Assembly (NCBI GenBank): GCA_963737655.1
Contig: CAVTTN010000002.1
Location: forward strand, 6,976,001-7,040,000
Direction of reading: 5' to 3'
DNA length: 64,000 bases
Origin: an uncultured Planctomycetota bacterium
Lineage (GTDB): Bacteria > Planctomycetota > Planctomycetia > Isosphaerales > Isosphaeraceae
Part shown: piece by piece, positions 44,275-54,741 of the stretch
How positions within the stretch are numbered: the first letter of the stretch is position 1
Layout of the letters: the number at the start of each line of letters is the position of its first letter
The notes under the pieces: generated by a model
Database searches by the model: none
Told to the model about the DNA's origin: nothing
The model's input: the letters and a program-made list of their open reading frames with translations, nothing else
Translations under genes and position numbers: made by a program

Positions 44275-44496
44275 TCACGCCGGGCGGACGCGGGCGACGC
44301 CTGAGGTGCCGGCGACGTCGAGGAAGAAGCCGCCGGATTCGTTCGCGAGGAGCCAGGCCAGCGGCCCTTCCTTGCGGAGGAACTCGACCTCCGGGCCGGT
44401 CTGGACCCAGGACGAGCCGTCGATCAGGCGATAGACGTTCCCCCGGCGGTAGCCGTCGAACGTGCCGTCGATCTGCGACTCGCGGACGACTCGCAC
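44275..44496 (-). CDS. Small beta-rich hypothetical protein
   Basis: ESQIDGTFDGY..GNVYRLIDGSSWVQ...FFLDVAG...RVRP; protein-like composition. Confidence 0.55.
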   Translation of the reverse strand: MRVVRESQIDGTFDGYRRGNVYRLIDGSSWVQTGPEVEFLRKEGPLAWLLANESGGFFLDVAGTSGVARVRPA

Positions 44497-44546
44497 GGCC
44501 GGGCCTCGCCTGGGACGGTCGAGGAAGATTCGCCACCTCTCCCTTA

Positions 44547-45490
44547 GAAACTATCTCAGAACCCAAGGCCATTCGGCTTCGTAACTTGAGGTGTAGAGGT
44601 CACCTCAGGAGAAGCAGCCGTGGGACGGACGAAGCGTCAGATCAAGCCTCTGGAGACCATCTGGGAGGTCCCCGACCGCCTCTGGCGGAGGATCGAGCCG
44701 ATCCTCCTGGAGGACGCCCCTCCGCCGCCCAAGGAGCACGGCGGCCGGCCCCGCATCGACTTCCGGGCCGCCTTCAACGGGATCATCTTCCGCCTCCGCA
44801 GCGGATGCCAGTGGAACCGGTTGCCCAAAGAGTTCGGCGACGACAGCTCGGTGCACCGATGGTTCCAGCGGTGGTGCAGGAACGGCGTCTTCGAGAAGGT
44901 GTGGGCCGTGCTGGTCGGGGAGTGTGAGGAGCTCGGGGCGGTCCAGTGGAAGTGGCAGGCGGCCGACGGGATGCTGGGCAAGGCCCGGTTCGGGGGGGGA
45001 AAAGACGGGCAAGAACCCCACCGATCGGGGCAAGAAGGGGACCAAGAAGAGCGTGCTGGTCGATCAGGACGGCGGCCCGCTGGGGGCGACGATCGCCGGG
45101 GCCAACGTCCCCGATTGCAAGCTGCTGGATGAGACGATCGAGGCCGTGGTGGTCGATCGGCCCGATCCCGAAAAGGTCGAGCAGAACCTCTGCCTGGACG
45201 CCGGGTACGACAACCCGAGTGGGCGTGCGGCGGTCGAGAAGCATGGCTACGTCGGCCACATCCGCCCGGTGTACGAGGACCGGCGGCCGAAGAGGAGGCG
45301 GGGTCGTCGCAAGGCCCGCCGCTGGGTCGTCGAGCGGACGCTGTCCTGGCTGTCGAGGTGCCGGGCGTTGTTGGTCCGCTACGACAAGCATGCGGAGAAC
45401 TACCTGGGCCTGCTCCAGTTGGCCTGTGGCCTGCTCTGGTATCGCAGGCTTCACAGACTCAAGGCTGCATGACGGTTCTGAGATAATTTC
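44547..45490 (+). mobile_element. IS5-family insertion sequence (944 bp)
   Basis: TIRs GAAACTATCTCAGAACC (44547-44563) and GGTTCTGAGATAATTTC (45474-45490), 16/17 match; TTA duplication at 44544-44546 and 45491-45493. Confidence 0.93.
44620..45472 (+). CDS. IS5-family transposase in two frames joined at G8A4 (44992-45003)
   Basis: LRSGCQWNRLP...VHRWFQRW..GVF; NPTDRGKKG, LDAGYD, RWVVERTLSWL..R.L..RYDK. Confidence 0.92.
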
Positions 45491-45673
45491 TTATCGTCGG
45501 GCCGACCGCCGGAGGGAAGGGGCCGGTGGAGGGCGGAGCGGGCGCGCGTCCCCGGATCGCCCGTCCCTCCGCGTTCCTTCCCGGGAGGCGCTGGAGTTTC
45601 CATCCGGAATTGCCGAATAGGACGGTCGTGGGGGAAGCGACAGGAGTTCGGGACGTCTCAGAGGGCGGGCGAC

Positions 45674-46820
45674 ATGGCGACAGGACGCTCCAGACGACGT
45701 TGGAAGTCGCTCCAAGCCTTGATCCTGGCGGCGGTCGCGATCCTCGGGTCGGTCGCGTCGGGCCGTGGCCAGGCCCCGGACGCGACGGGTTCGGGCCCTG
45801 CGCCGATCGCCCCGGCCGGCTCGGCGTCCGAGGCGTCTCCGGCGGGGTCGCCCGGGGTGGCGCCGTCGTACTACGCGGGCGAGGGGGCCGAGCCCGAGGC
45901 CCCTCGGGTCGAGATGGGCTTGCTCGACACGATCGCCGAATCGCTGACCGGCGACGCCTACGCCGCCGGCCGCTGGCGGTCCCTGGGCCTCCGCAATTTC
46001 TTCCGGGAGGGCTGGCTCGAACCCTGGGCCGGAGGGCCGGCGGGCCGGGACGGCCTGACGCCCCGCCACGGGTGGCTCGGCGCCTTCGACGGGGTGTTCT
46101 ACCGCCTGAATCTCGTCGCCTTCAGCGACTTCCAGTCGATCAACGCCCCCTATCACGGCAACCGGTATTCGGGCGTTTATTCGATCTTCCTGCCGTTCTC
46201 ACGGCGGTTCAATTTGCTGATCGACACGCCGTTCGTCGTGTCCAACGGCACGAAGCCGGCTGGCCAGGGATATGCCTCCGCATTCGGCGACCTGACGATC
46301 ACTCCACGGTTCCTCCTGGCGGAGAATGAGGCGACCACTCAGGTGTTCGCCGTGGGCGTGCGGACGCCCACCGGGTCGCGGGCGAACTCCAACGGCGTGA
46401 TGTCCCTGACCCCCCGCTACGAATTCTGGACGAACCCGGGAGGGCGGTGGGTGGTCCGGGGCTCGGGCGGCGTGTTCGTCCCGCTGAACGTGGATCGGGC
46501 GCCGGAGCACACGTCCTTCACGGGCGGGCTGGCCGTGGGGCGCTGACCTGAGGCCCCACGACGTCCCCTTCGGCGACCTGGTGGTCTACGCGGCGAGCAA
46601 CTTCAGCGTCCCCCTGGACGGCACCGCCGTCAGCGGGACGACCCCGGCCTCCGGCCTCGCCACCCAGAACCATTCCAGCGGGACGCTGGTGAGCGTCGGC
46701 CCCGGGACCCGGTTCCACCTCGGCGACAACTTCTTCTTCCTGAATTACTGGGACTTCCCCCTGACCGGCCCCCACCCGTTCTCCTTCAATGCCCAGTTCG
46801 CGCTGATGAAGGTCTTCTGA
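45674..46820 (+). CDS. Exported protein, probable outer-membrane beta-barrel; frameshift at 46545
   Basis: Signal peptide; amphipathic strands (FGDLTITPRFLL, GVRTPTG); removing one G in CGC-T(G)AC gives GRYLRPHDVPFGDL; ends AQFALMKVF with terminal Phe. Confidence 0.65.
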
Positions 46821-46884
46821 GCGACCGGCCGGGGCCGAGGACAGGCGGCCCCGGCCGGCCGAGGGCCGCCCTCGCCCCGTCCGC

Positions 46885-49146
46885 TCAATTCGTTGAGGCC
46901 GTCGTGCCGTCGGCCTTCGCCGGGGGGACGGCCATCGCCTCCCTCGTCATCTTGTCGGCGTATTCTTCGAGGGACGCCGGGCTCTCGCCTCCCGAGACGT
47001 CGAAGCCGGACTTCTCGGCCACCATCAGGCTGATCAGGAGGCCGAAGAGGCCCTGGGCGGAGTCCCCGGTCGGGTGGTGGCCGTCTCCGTTGCTGGAGTG
47101 GCCGTTCGACCCGGCCATGAACACCCGTTGCGGGACCAAAGGCTGGTTGCTGTTGGCCAGGACGTTGGCGACCTGGGTCAGCGCGTAGAGCCTCGGGTCG
47201 GAGAACGACTGGATCTTGCGGAGGAGGACCGACGCCTCGGAGAGCCCGACCTGGGCGATCTTCGAGGCCTCGCCCTTTCCGGCCAGGGTCCTCTGCTCGG
47301 CCTCGGCCTGGGCCATCACGACGGTCTGCTCGGCCTGCTTCCGCGATCGTTGCAGCTCGGCCTCCGCGGTGACGACCATCTGCTCGGCCTGCTTGCGGGC
47401 CCGGGCGAGGTCGGCCTCGGCCGCTTTGCGGGTCTTGGCGAGGTCGGCCTCGCCCTGGTTCTCGACGATCTGGATCTGGACCTTCGAGTTGGTCAACTGC
47501 GTCTGCATGTTGGCCTGCGCCTGGGCCTCGTTGAGCGTCTGCAAGGTCTCGGCGGCGGCCCTCTGGCGCTGGTACGTCTCGATCTGCTCGACCGAGAGCT
47601 GGCGCTGGCGGAGTTGCTCCAAAAGGGTCTCGATCTTGCCGCCGGCCTCCGCGGTGTCGGGCTTGCCGATCAGGACGTCCACGCATTCGATGTCGAAGGT
47701 GCCGAACCGGATCGACAGGACCTCGCGCGCCTCTTTCTGGATGTCGTCACGCTGCTGGAGGAGCTCGAGCATCGTCCTCTTGTGGGCCACGTCGCGGAAG
47801 AACGCCGAGAGCATCGGGTCGAGCGTCTGCGTGATCAGCTTCTTGACGTCGCCGAACCTCTGGATCACGCTCGGCGCCTTCTGGTAGTCGATGTGGACGA
47901 CCACCGACAGCGGCAGGGTGGGCTCGTAGGCGTCCTTGGTGACCAGGTCGATCGAGCGGAGGCTCTCGTCGTAGCGGTGGGTCTCGGTCCGGCCGGTCAC
48001 CCAGTGGAGGACGAAGTTCGTGGTGGGCACCATGATGATGGCGCCGGCATACGGGTTGAACGGGTACTTGCCCGGCCCCAGGGGGCGTTCCAGAACGCCG
48101 CGCTCGCCTTCGGCCACGCGCTCGCCGTGGCGGAAGCCGGTGCCGGAGACGTCCTGGCCGACCCTCCCGTAATAGCTGACGATCACGCCGACGTAGCCGA
48201 TCGGCACGACGGTCTTGGGGACGACCTCGACGGTGGCGAACCAGCGGTTGATGAAGTAGGTGCCGTCCGTCAGGGGGACGTACTGGCGCCCTCGGTGCCC
48301 TCCGGCGGCGAGGAACGCCTCGGGGTCCTGATAGTTGTTGTGAAAATACTTGTCCGTGTTCGACGTGCCGACGGCCGGCGCGATGATCTCTCCGGGGCCG
48401 AGGCTCGGGCCGTCCTGGACGGTCACGATCCCCAGGCTATCGACGCTGATCTGACGGGCCGGGTCGATCGGGTCGGGCGCGAGGATCGGCGCGCCGATGA
48501 CGACCGGGCTGAAGCCGTTGACGCCCTTCAACTCGCTCTGCCAGCCCAGGAGGGTCTCCAGCTCGCGTCGTCCCTGGAATTCCAGGCGATAGACGGCGTC
48601 CTCGGTGATCACCATGAACAGGGCGAGGTTGATCGCGTAGACGCCCTCGCGGAGGATCATCCGCTGGCGGCCCCTCTGGCCGAGGTGAGGGGCCGATTCG
48701 TCGCCCGAGACCGGGACGGCGCCGAGGAACCCCCGGGCGTCCTGGAAGTTGTTGCAGGCGATCACCCGGCCCAGGGTCTGGCTGGCGACGAGCGGGTCGC
48801 CATCCCGAGCGTAGACGTAGCCGATTTTCCCCTGGGGGACCGTGACGAGGTTGACCTTGTGGATGCGATACTGCCAGCCCCACAGGCCGAAGTGGATGCC
48901 GCCTCGAAGCAGCTCGGACTGGAACCCGGCTTCACCGTCCAGGGCAATGATCCGCCCCTCAGGCACCGAGCCCTTGGCCGACCAGAGTTTTTCGACGATC
49001 CCGACCCGGTTGTTCGGGATGTACCTCAGGCCGCTGCCGACCACGGCCGCCAGCGCCACGACGACCAGGCCGACGGCCAGGAAGACGAACGTGTCTCCCG
49101 GGAACAATTCGGCCAGAGGGAACCCCACCGACCCGACCGGATTCAT
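46885..49146 (-). CDS. SPFH/flotillin (band 7) domain protein
   Basis: N-terminal TM, IPNNRVGIVEK, GPGKYPFNPY, QRFGDVKKLITQTLDP, AEA-rich coiled coil. Confidence 0.88.
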   Translation of the reverse strand: MNPVGSVGFPLAELFPGDTFVFLAVGLVVVALAAVVGSGLRYIPNNRVGIVEKLWSAKGSVPEGRIIALDGEAGFQSELLRGGIHFGLWGWQYRIHKVNLVTVPQGKIGYVYARDGDPLVASQTLGRVIACNNFQDARGFLGAVPVSGDESAPHLGQRGRQRMILREGVYAINLALFMVITEDAVYRLEFQGRRELETLLGWQSELKGVNGFSPVVIGAPILAPDPIDPARQISVDSLGIVTVQDGPSLGPGEIIAPAVGTSNTDKYFHNNYQDPEAFLAAGGHRGRQYVPLTDGTYFINRWFATVEVVPKTVVPIGYVGVIVSYYGRVGQDVSGTGFRHGERVAEGERGVLERPLGPGKYPFNPYAGAIIMVPTTNFVLHWVTGRTETHRYDESLRSIDLVTKDAYEPTLPLSVVVHIDYQKAPSVIQRFGDVKKLITQTLDPMLSAFFRDVAHKRTMLELLQQRDDIQKEAREVLSIRFGTFDIECVDVLIGKPDTAEAGGKIETLLEQLRQRQLSVEQIETYQRQRAAAETLQTLNEAQAQANMQTQLTNSKVQIQIVENQGEADLAKTRKAAEADLARARKQAEQMVVTAEAELQRSRKQAEQTVVMAQAEAEQRTLAGKGEASKIAQVGLSEASVLLRKIQSFSDPRLYALTQVANVLANSNQPLVPQRVFMAGSNGHSSNGDGHHPTGDSAQGLFGLLISLMVAEKSGFDVSGGESPASLEEYADKMTREAMAVPPAKADGTTASTN

Positions 49147-49276
49147 GGCAATGCCCCGAAACGCCCCGGCGTCCTCGACGGGTCAAGACGCCCTCTGGGT
49201 TTGCCCAGACGCCCGAGTCACCGCGATTGTGACAGGCGCCGGGCCGACCCGCCAGGGTGTGTTCGCCGGAGCGGGG

Positions 49277-49618
49277 CGGAGATTGAACCGCCAAGCCGCC
49301 AAGAACGCCAAGGAGGGAGGCGAGAAGAGGAAGAGAGACGAGGAGGAGAGACGAGGAGGATCGGGAGGAGAGAGGAAGAGGAGGATGGATTGCTTTTCAG
49401 GAAACCCCAACCCAAGAAGTCGATCGAGTCGGTCCGACTTCCGTTGGTCCTACTCAATGTCTCGTCTTGTAGGCCCGACTCGATTCCCCATTTTAACGGG
49501 TCTGCTCCAGGGTAAGGATGGATGGAATTGGGCTTCCTCCTCGTCTCTCCTCCTCGTCTCTCTTCCTCTTCTCGCCTCCCTCCTTGGCGTTCTTGGCGGC
49601 TTGGCGGTTCAATCTCCG
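49277..49618. repeat. Long inverted-repeat element (ACCGCCAAG family), MITE/REPIN-like
   Basis: 49277-49360 is the perfect reverse complement of 49535-49618 (84 bp); 174-bp spacer. Confidence 0.92.
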
Positions 49619-51010
49619 TCAGCCGAACAGCTCGGTGATCGGCCGTCCGGTGTTGATCTGCAACGGGCGGCCGACGGCGTCGGCGACTTCGGTGGCCGGA
49701 TCGATCCCGAGAGCGTGCAGGATCGTGGCGCCGAGGTCATCGGGGCCGACCGGATCTTTCGCGGGATAGGCCGCCCAGCGGTCCGAGGCGCCGAAGACCC
49801 GGCCTCCGGCGATCCCTCCTCCGGCCAGGGCCACCGAGTAGCACCTCGGCCAGTGCTCCCGGCCGGCATTCGCCGCGGTGATCTTCGGGGCCCGGCCGAA
49901 CTCGCCGGCCCAGACCACGAGGGTTTCGTCCAGGAGGCCGCGGGCGTCCAGGTCGTCCAGGAGGGCCGAGAATCCGCGATCGGCCGGGGGCATCAGGTGG
50001 TTCTTGAGGCGGTTGAAGTTGTCGCCGTGGGTGTCCCAGAAGTTCTGGCCGTCGTCGTGCCAGTTGACCGTCACGAGCTTCACGCCGGCCTCGACCAACC
50101 GGCGGGCCATCAGCAAGCACTGGCCGTGGATGTGACGGCCGAACCGGTCGCGGACCCTGGGGTCTTCGCGATCGATCTCGAAGGCGCCCCGGGCCTCGGC
50201 CGAGGTCAGGGCGTCGAGGGCGCGGCCCTGGAGGCCCTCCCAGGTCGGCGGGCCGGCGGTCCCTCCGACGTGGCCGATCAGGGCGCGACGGCCGGTCATC
50301 CGCTCGGCCGAGACGCCTTCGGGCAGGTCCAGGCCGCCCACCCGGAAGCCCGCCGCGTTGGGGTCGCCCTCGATCCGGAACGGGTCGAACGCCTTTCCGA
50401 GCCATCCGCCGTGCTGGCCCGGGGCCTTGCCTCCGGGCGCCGCGGGATGGGCGACGGTCCAGGGCATGGTCACGGCGCCGGGGAGTGCCCCATTCACGGG
50501 CCGGACCCTCGCGACGATCGCCCCGAGGTGGGGCCAGTCCTGAGGAGACGGCCCCACGGCGTCGGAAAACGGCCGAGGGGCGAGGTGGCCGGTCAGGAGG
50601 CGGTGGGCCGTCGAGAGATGCGCCGGGTCGTCGTGCCCCATCGACCGGACCACGGCCAGGCGGTGGGTCTGCGCGGCGAGCATCGGGAAATGCTCGCTGA
50701 TGAACAGCCCGGGAGTCCGGGTGGCGATCGGCTGGAACTCGCCTCGGATGCCGAGGGGGGCGTCGGGCTTGGGGTCCCAGGTGTCGAGCTGCGACGGCCC
50801 GCCCCATTGAAAGATCAGGATGCACGACTTCGCCCGGCCGAACCCCGGGGCCGAACTCGATGGCGAGGCGTCCGAGGCGCGAGCGAGGTCCACGAGCGAA
50901 AGGCCGGTGAGCCCCAGGGCCCCGGCCCGCAACACCTCGCGACGACTCGGCGACCCGAGGCGAAACCCCGGGCAACCGCTCGCGCCCGCCATCGAGGAAG
51001 ATCCTGCCAT
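49619..51010 (-). CDS. DUF1501 domain protein (Tat-like leader)
   Basis: SRREVL; AKSCILIFQWGGPSQLDTWDPKP, WDTH, GEFGRAP, GREHW. Confidence 0.9.
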   Translation of the reverse strand: MAGSSSMAGASGCPGFRLGSPSRREVLRAGALGLTGLSLVDLARASDASPSSSAPGFGRAKSCILIFQWGGPSQLDTWDPKPDAPLGIRGEFQPIATRTPGLFISEHFPMLAAQTHRLAVVRSMGHDDPAHLSTAHRLLTGHLAPRPFSDAVGPSPQDWPHLGAIVARVRPVNGALPGAVTMPWTVAHPAAPGGKAPGQHGGWLGKAFDPFRIEGDPNAAGFRVGGLDLPEGVSAERMTGRRALIGHVGGTAGPPTWEGLQGRALDALTSAEARGAFEIDREDPRVRDRFGRHIHGQCLLMARRLVEAGVKLVTVNWHDDGQNFWDTHGDNFNRLKNHLMPPADRGFSALLDDLDARGLLDETLVVWAGEFGRAPKITAANAGREHWPRCYSVALAGGGIAGGRVFGASDRWAAYPAKDPVGPDDLGATILHALGIDPATEVADAVGRPLQINTGRPITELFG

Positions 51011-51113
51011 GACGTCGCCCACCTTCGGGATTCGGGTCGGGAGCGTTCAACTTTTGATGAACACCCCGGATGGTGAACTCTACCCGGCGGAGCGGCGGGT
51101 GTCCAGAGCTTGA

Positions 51114-51297
51114 GTAGGGTGCATGCAATGCACCGTCCTGTAGGGTGGATGAAATGCACCAACCCGCGCGGGCGAAGCCCGCAACCTCCTCCAACATCAT
51201 CGAGCCGATCCCAGGAGGAACAAGGTTGCGGGCTTCGCCCGCGCATGCGTGGTGCATTTCATCCACCCTACAGGACGGTGCCTGTCATGCACCCTAC
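51114..51297. repeat. Nested palindromic REP cluster (four GTAG-type REPs)
   Basis: REPs at 51114-51134 and 51140-51160 (+), 51251-51271 and 51277-51297 (-); inner arms GCGCGGGCGAAGCCCGCAACCT / AGGTTGCGGGCTTCGCCCGCGC. Confidence 0.9.
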
Positions 51298-52413
51298 TTG
51301 AACTGGAAGATCGTCGTTTGCTTGTAGGTTTCTCCGGGCCGGAGGATCGCCGAGGGGAAGTTGGCGTGGTGGACGCTGTCGGGGAAGTGCTGGGTTTCGA
51401 GGCAGAACGCCTGGTGTTTCTTGTAGGGGATGCCCTCGCGGCCGGTCACGCTGCCGTCGAGGAAATTGCCGGTGTAGAGCTGGACGCCCGGCTCCGTCGT
51501 GAGCACCTCCATCACCCGGCCGGACTTCGGGTCGGAGACCCGGGCGGCCAGCCTCGGGGTCTTGCCGTCGCCTCGGAGGATGAAGTTGTGGTCGTAGCCC
51601 TGGGGGTCGGCGTCGATGTCCTTGATCCGAGAGCCGATCGTGTGGGCTCGCGGAAGTCGAGCGGGGTCCCGGCGACGTCGGCGAGTTCCCCGGTGGGGAT
51701 CATCGTCTTGTCCACGGGCGTGTACTTGTCGGCGTTGATCATCAATTCATGGCCGAGGATGTCGCCCGAGGCGGGGCCGGCGAGGTTGAAATAGGAATGA
51801 TTGGTGAGGTTGATCGGCGTGGCCTTGTCCGTCTTCGCCGAGTAGTCGATGCGGAGCTCGTCCTTCGCGGTGAGGGTGTAGGTCACCGTCACGTCCATGG
51901 TGCCGGGATAGCCTTCGTCGCCGTCGGGGCTGGTCAGGGAGAACTGGACGGCGCCTCCTCCGGGCTCGTCCAGCGGCTTCGCCTTCCAGACTAGCTTGTC
52001 GAACCCCTTCAGCCCGCCGTGGAGCGAGTTCGGGCCGTTGTTCACGGCGAGGTTGTAGTCCTTGCCGTCGAGCGAGAACTTACCCCCGGCGATCCGGTTG
52101 GCATAGCGGCCGACGGTCGCGCCGAAGAACGGATGGGCGCGAGGTACTTGGCCAGGTCGTCGAACCCGAGGACCACGTTGGCCGGCTTGCCCTGGCGGTC
52201 GGGGACGTCCAGCTCGGTCAGGATCGCGCCGAAGTCGGTCACCTTGGCGGTGATCCGGCCGTTGGTCAGGACGAAGAGATGGACGGGGGTGCCGTCGGGC
52301 ATTTTCCCGAAGCTCATGGTCTGGACTCCTCCGCGCGCCTCGGCCCGTCCGGTCGGGGCCATCGCCGGGACCAGGAACGCGGCCAGGGCCAGCGACGCGA
52401 TGCGATTGCGCAT
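51294..52413 (-). CDS. galM: Aldose 1-epimerase (galactose mutarotase) with signal peptide; two frameshifts (near 52140 and 51640)
   Basis: NVVLGFD, NSLHGG..GFDK, GDEGYPG, NLTNHSYFNLAG, QLYTGNFL, FCLETQHFPDS. Confidence 0.92.
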
Positions 52414-52530
52414 CAGACGACCTCTGTCGGATTCAAAACGATCGGGGAAGGCCCGGCCCTCCTCGGAGACCGGGCCGGGGACGCCCCAAGGATGATCCGA
52501 GCGAGGGCCGTTGGCAAGGGGCTGGGATTC

Positions 52531-52656
52531 GTAGGGTGCATGAAATGCACCATCGTCGCTTCGGGCCCGGGGATGGTGCATTTCATGCACCCTAAGGAAG
52601 CTGAGAATGCATTATCGTCGCTTCGGGCCGGGGATGGTGCATTTCATGCACCCAAC
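52531..52656. repeat. GTAG-type REP cluster (inverted pair plus tandem duplicated unit)
   Basis: REPs at 52531-52551 (+), 52575-52595 and 52636-52656 (-); spacer ATCGTCGCTTCGGGCC(C/G)GGGGAT duplicated. Confidence 0.88.
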
Positions 52657-54688
52657 GGAATCACGCGATGGGTCTTGATCCAGCAGCGCAACACCTCGGC
52701 CACGCTCCAGGCCTGGGCGATGCAGCCTCTCGGGGTGAACGGCCGTTCGGCGTCGAAGACCTCGCTGATCGAGCCGATCCCGGCCTCTCCGAGATGAGGG
52801 ACCAGCCCTTCCAGGTCCTTCCTGGCGGCGGCGATGTCTTCCGGGTGGACTTTCAACAAGGCGTCGATGTACGGGCCGATCAGCCAGGCCCAGACCGTTC
52901 CTTGATGATAGGCGGCGTCCCTCGCGCGGAGGTCTCCGTCGTAATAGGGCTTGTAATCCGGCTCCCCCGGCGCGAGCGAGCGGAGCCCCACGGGGGTCAG
53001 GAGCTTGGATTTCGCCGCGATCAGGACCGACTCCCACCGCGACGGGTCCAGGATTGGGTGATCGAGCGAGATCGCCAGGAGTTGATTGGGTCGGCAGGCC
53101 GGGTCGTCCCCCAACTCGCCGTCGATCACGTCGAAGAGGTATCCGGTCTCCGGGTTCGGGAACCTCCGGTTGAACGAGGCTCGGGCGGTCTCGGCCTGCC
53201 CGGCGATCGGCTCGGCCTCGGCGTCCCTCCCCTCGTCGCGGAGCCAGCCTTCGAGGAGCCGGAGCGCGTTGTACCAGAGGGCGTTGATCTCGACGGCCTT
53301 GCCGCGACGAGGGGTGACCACCCAGCCGTCTACCTTGGCGTCCATCCACGTCAGTTGATACCCCTCGGCCCCCTGGCGGAGCAGGCCGTCGCTCGGATCG
53401 ACGCCGATCCCGAATCGCGTCCCCGCCCGGTGCTTCGCGACGATGTCGAGCATGGTCGGCAGGAGGAGGCGGAGGGTCTCGCCGTCGTCGGTGGCCTGGA
53501 GGTAGTGGCCCAGCGCGTGGAAGAACCAGAGGGTGGCGTCGGCGGTGTGGTAGACGCCCTGGTTCTGGCCGTCGGGGAAGTAGTTCGGGATCAGGCCGTC
53601 GCGGACGTAATGGGAGAAGGTGCGGAGGATGTAGCCGGCCTCCCGCGATCGGCCGGTCGAGAGCGTGAGCCCTTCCAGGCTGATCATCGTGTCCCGGCCC
53701 CAGTCGGTGAACCAGTGATAGCCTGCGATCACGGTTCGGACCTCGTCGCCCGAGGCGTGGGCGCGGGCCTCGTCCTCGACTCGCCCGGCCGGGGTGATCA
53801 GGAACTGGTCGGCGGCCAGGACGAGCTCGGCGGCCGGTCCGGAGTGGCGCGCGGGTCGGCCATCTCGATCAGCCGCCTTCGCCTCTCGTTCTCGGCGGCG
53901 AAGGCGCGATCGGGAGGCAGGGCGAGGAGGGTCGGCCACGGCTCGATCGACGCCGAGAGCGTGGCCGGGGCGTCTTCTCGGAGGCTCACCCGGAAGTAAC
54001 CGGGGCTCCAGAGGTCGCCCGTCTCGGGATACCCCCGGGCCGCTTCGAGCCGATAGAAAAGGTCCTTGATCGTCACGGCGCCGAGGACCATCGTCGCCTT
54101 CTGGCCCCAGAAATAGAGCTTCAGCAACGGGCAATCGCCTCCGGGGTGAATCTCGAAGCGGTCGCCGGCCATCTTGAAGACGTAAGGCTCCTTCAGGGGG
54201 GAATCGACGGGCGAATCGTGGGGCCGGACGTTCATGGCCGGCTGGAGCCTCATGTGGACCGGCCCGCGACCCTCGATGATCCGGTACGTCACATGGGCCG
54301 TGTTCTGGAGGTGCGGCAGGTCGATCCGCTTCTCCAGCAGGACCGATCCGACGCGGTATCGCCAGACGGGCAGGCCGTCTTCGAGGCGGAATTCCTCGAG
54401 GGACCCGGCCGAGGGGACGTCCAGAGCTCCCCGCCGCTCCTCCCCGCCGAGCCGGGCGGAGGTCCCGTCGCTCAGGCGGACGCGCTCGGCCAGCCGGTTC
54501 AGGACCATCACCCGACCCAACGGGGCCGGCAGCGCGGCGACCAGGATCCCGTGATACCGCCGAGACGCCACGCCCGAGACCGTCCCCGACGCATAGCCGC
54601 CCAGGCCGTTGGTCACCAGCCACTCGCGGGTGATCAGCGGCTCGGGCCCCGACGTGGCCGACCGGCCCCAGGGCATCGTTCGGATCAT
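52644..54688 (-). CDS. Amylo-alpha-1,6-glucosidase (glycogen debranching enzyme); frameshift near 53850
   Basis: EWLVTNGLGGYASGT, RRYHG; IAGYHWFTDWGRDTMISLEGL, LTWMDAK, YHQGTVW, QAWSVAE. Confidence 0.92.
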
Positions 54689-54708
54689 GAAAGCTCCTTG
54701 CCGTGTCG

Positions 54709-54741
54709 GGTGCGTTTCATGCACTTTACATTTCATGCGCC
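54709..54741 (-). repeat. Degenerate GTAG-type REP remnants
   Basis: GGTGCGTTTCATGCACTTTAC followed by ATTTCATGCGCC. Confidence 0.6.

Noticed and set aside
46544..46546. TGA as selenocysteine or readthrough codon
   Set aside because: The downstream coding region is in a different frame; a single extra base explains it
51114..52656. REP clusters as a CRISPR array
   Set aside because: Copies are inverted and dispersed, there are no regularly sized unique spacers, and no cas genes are present
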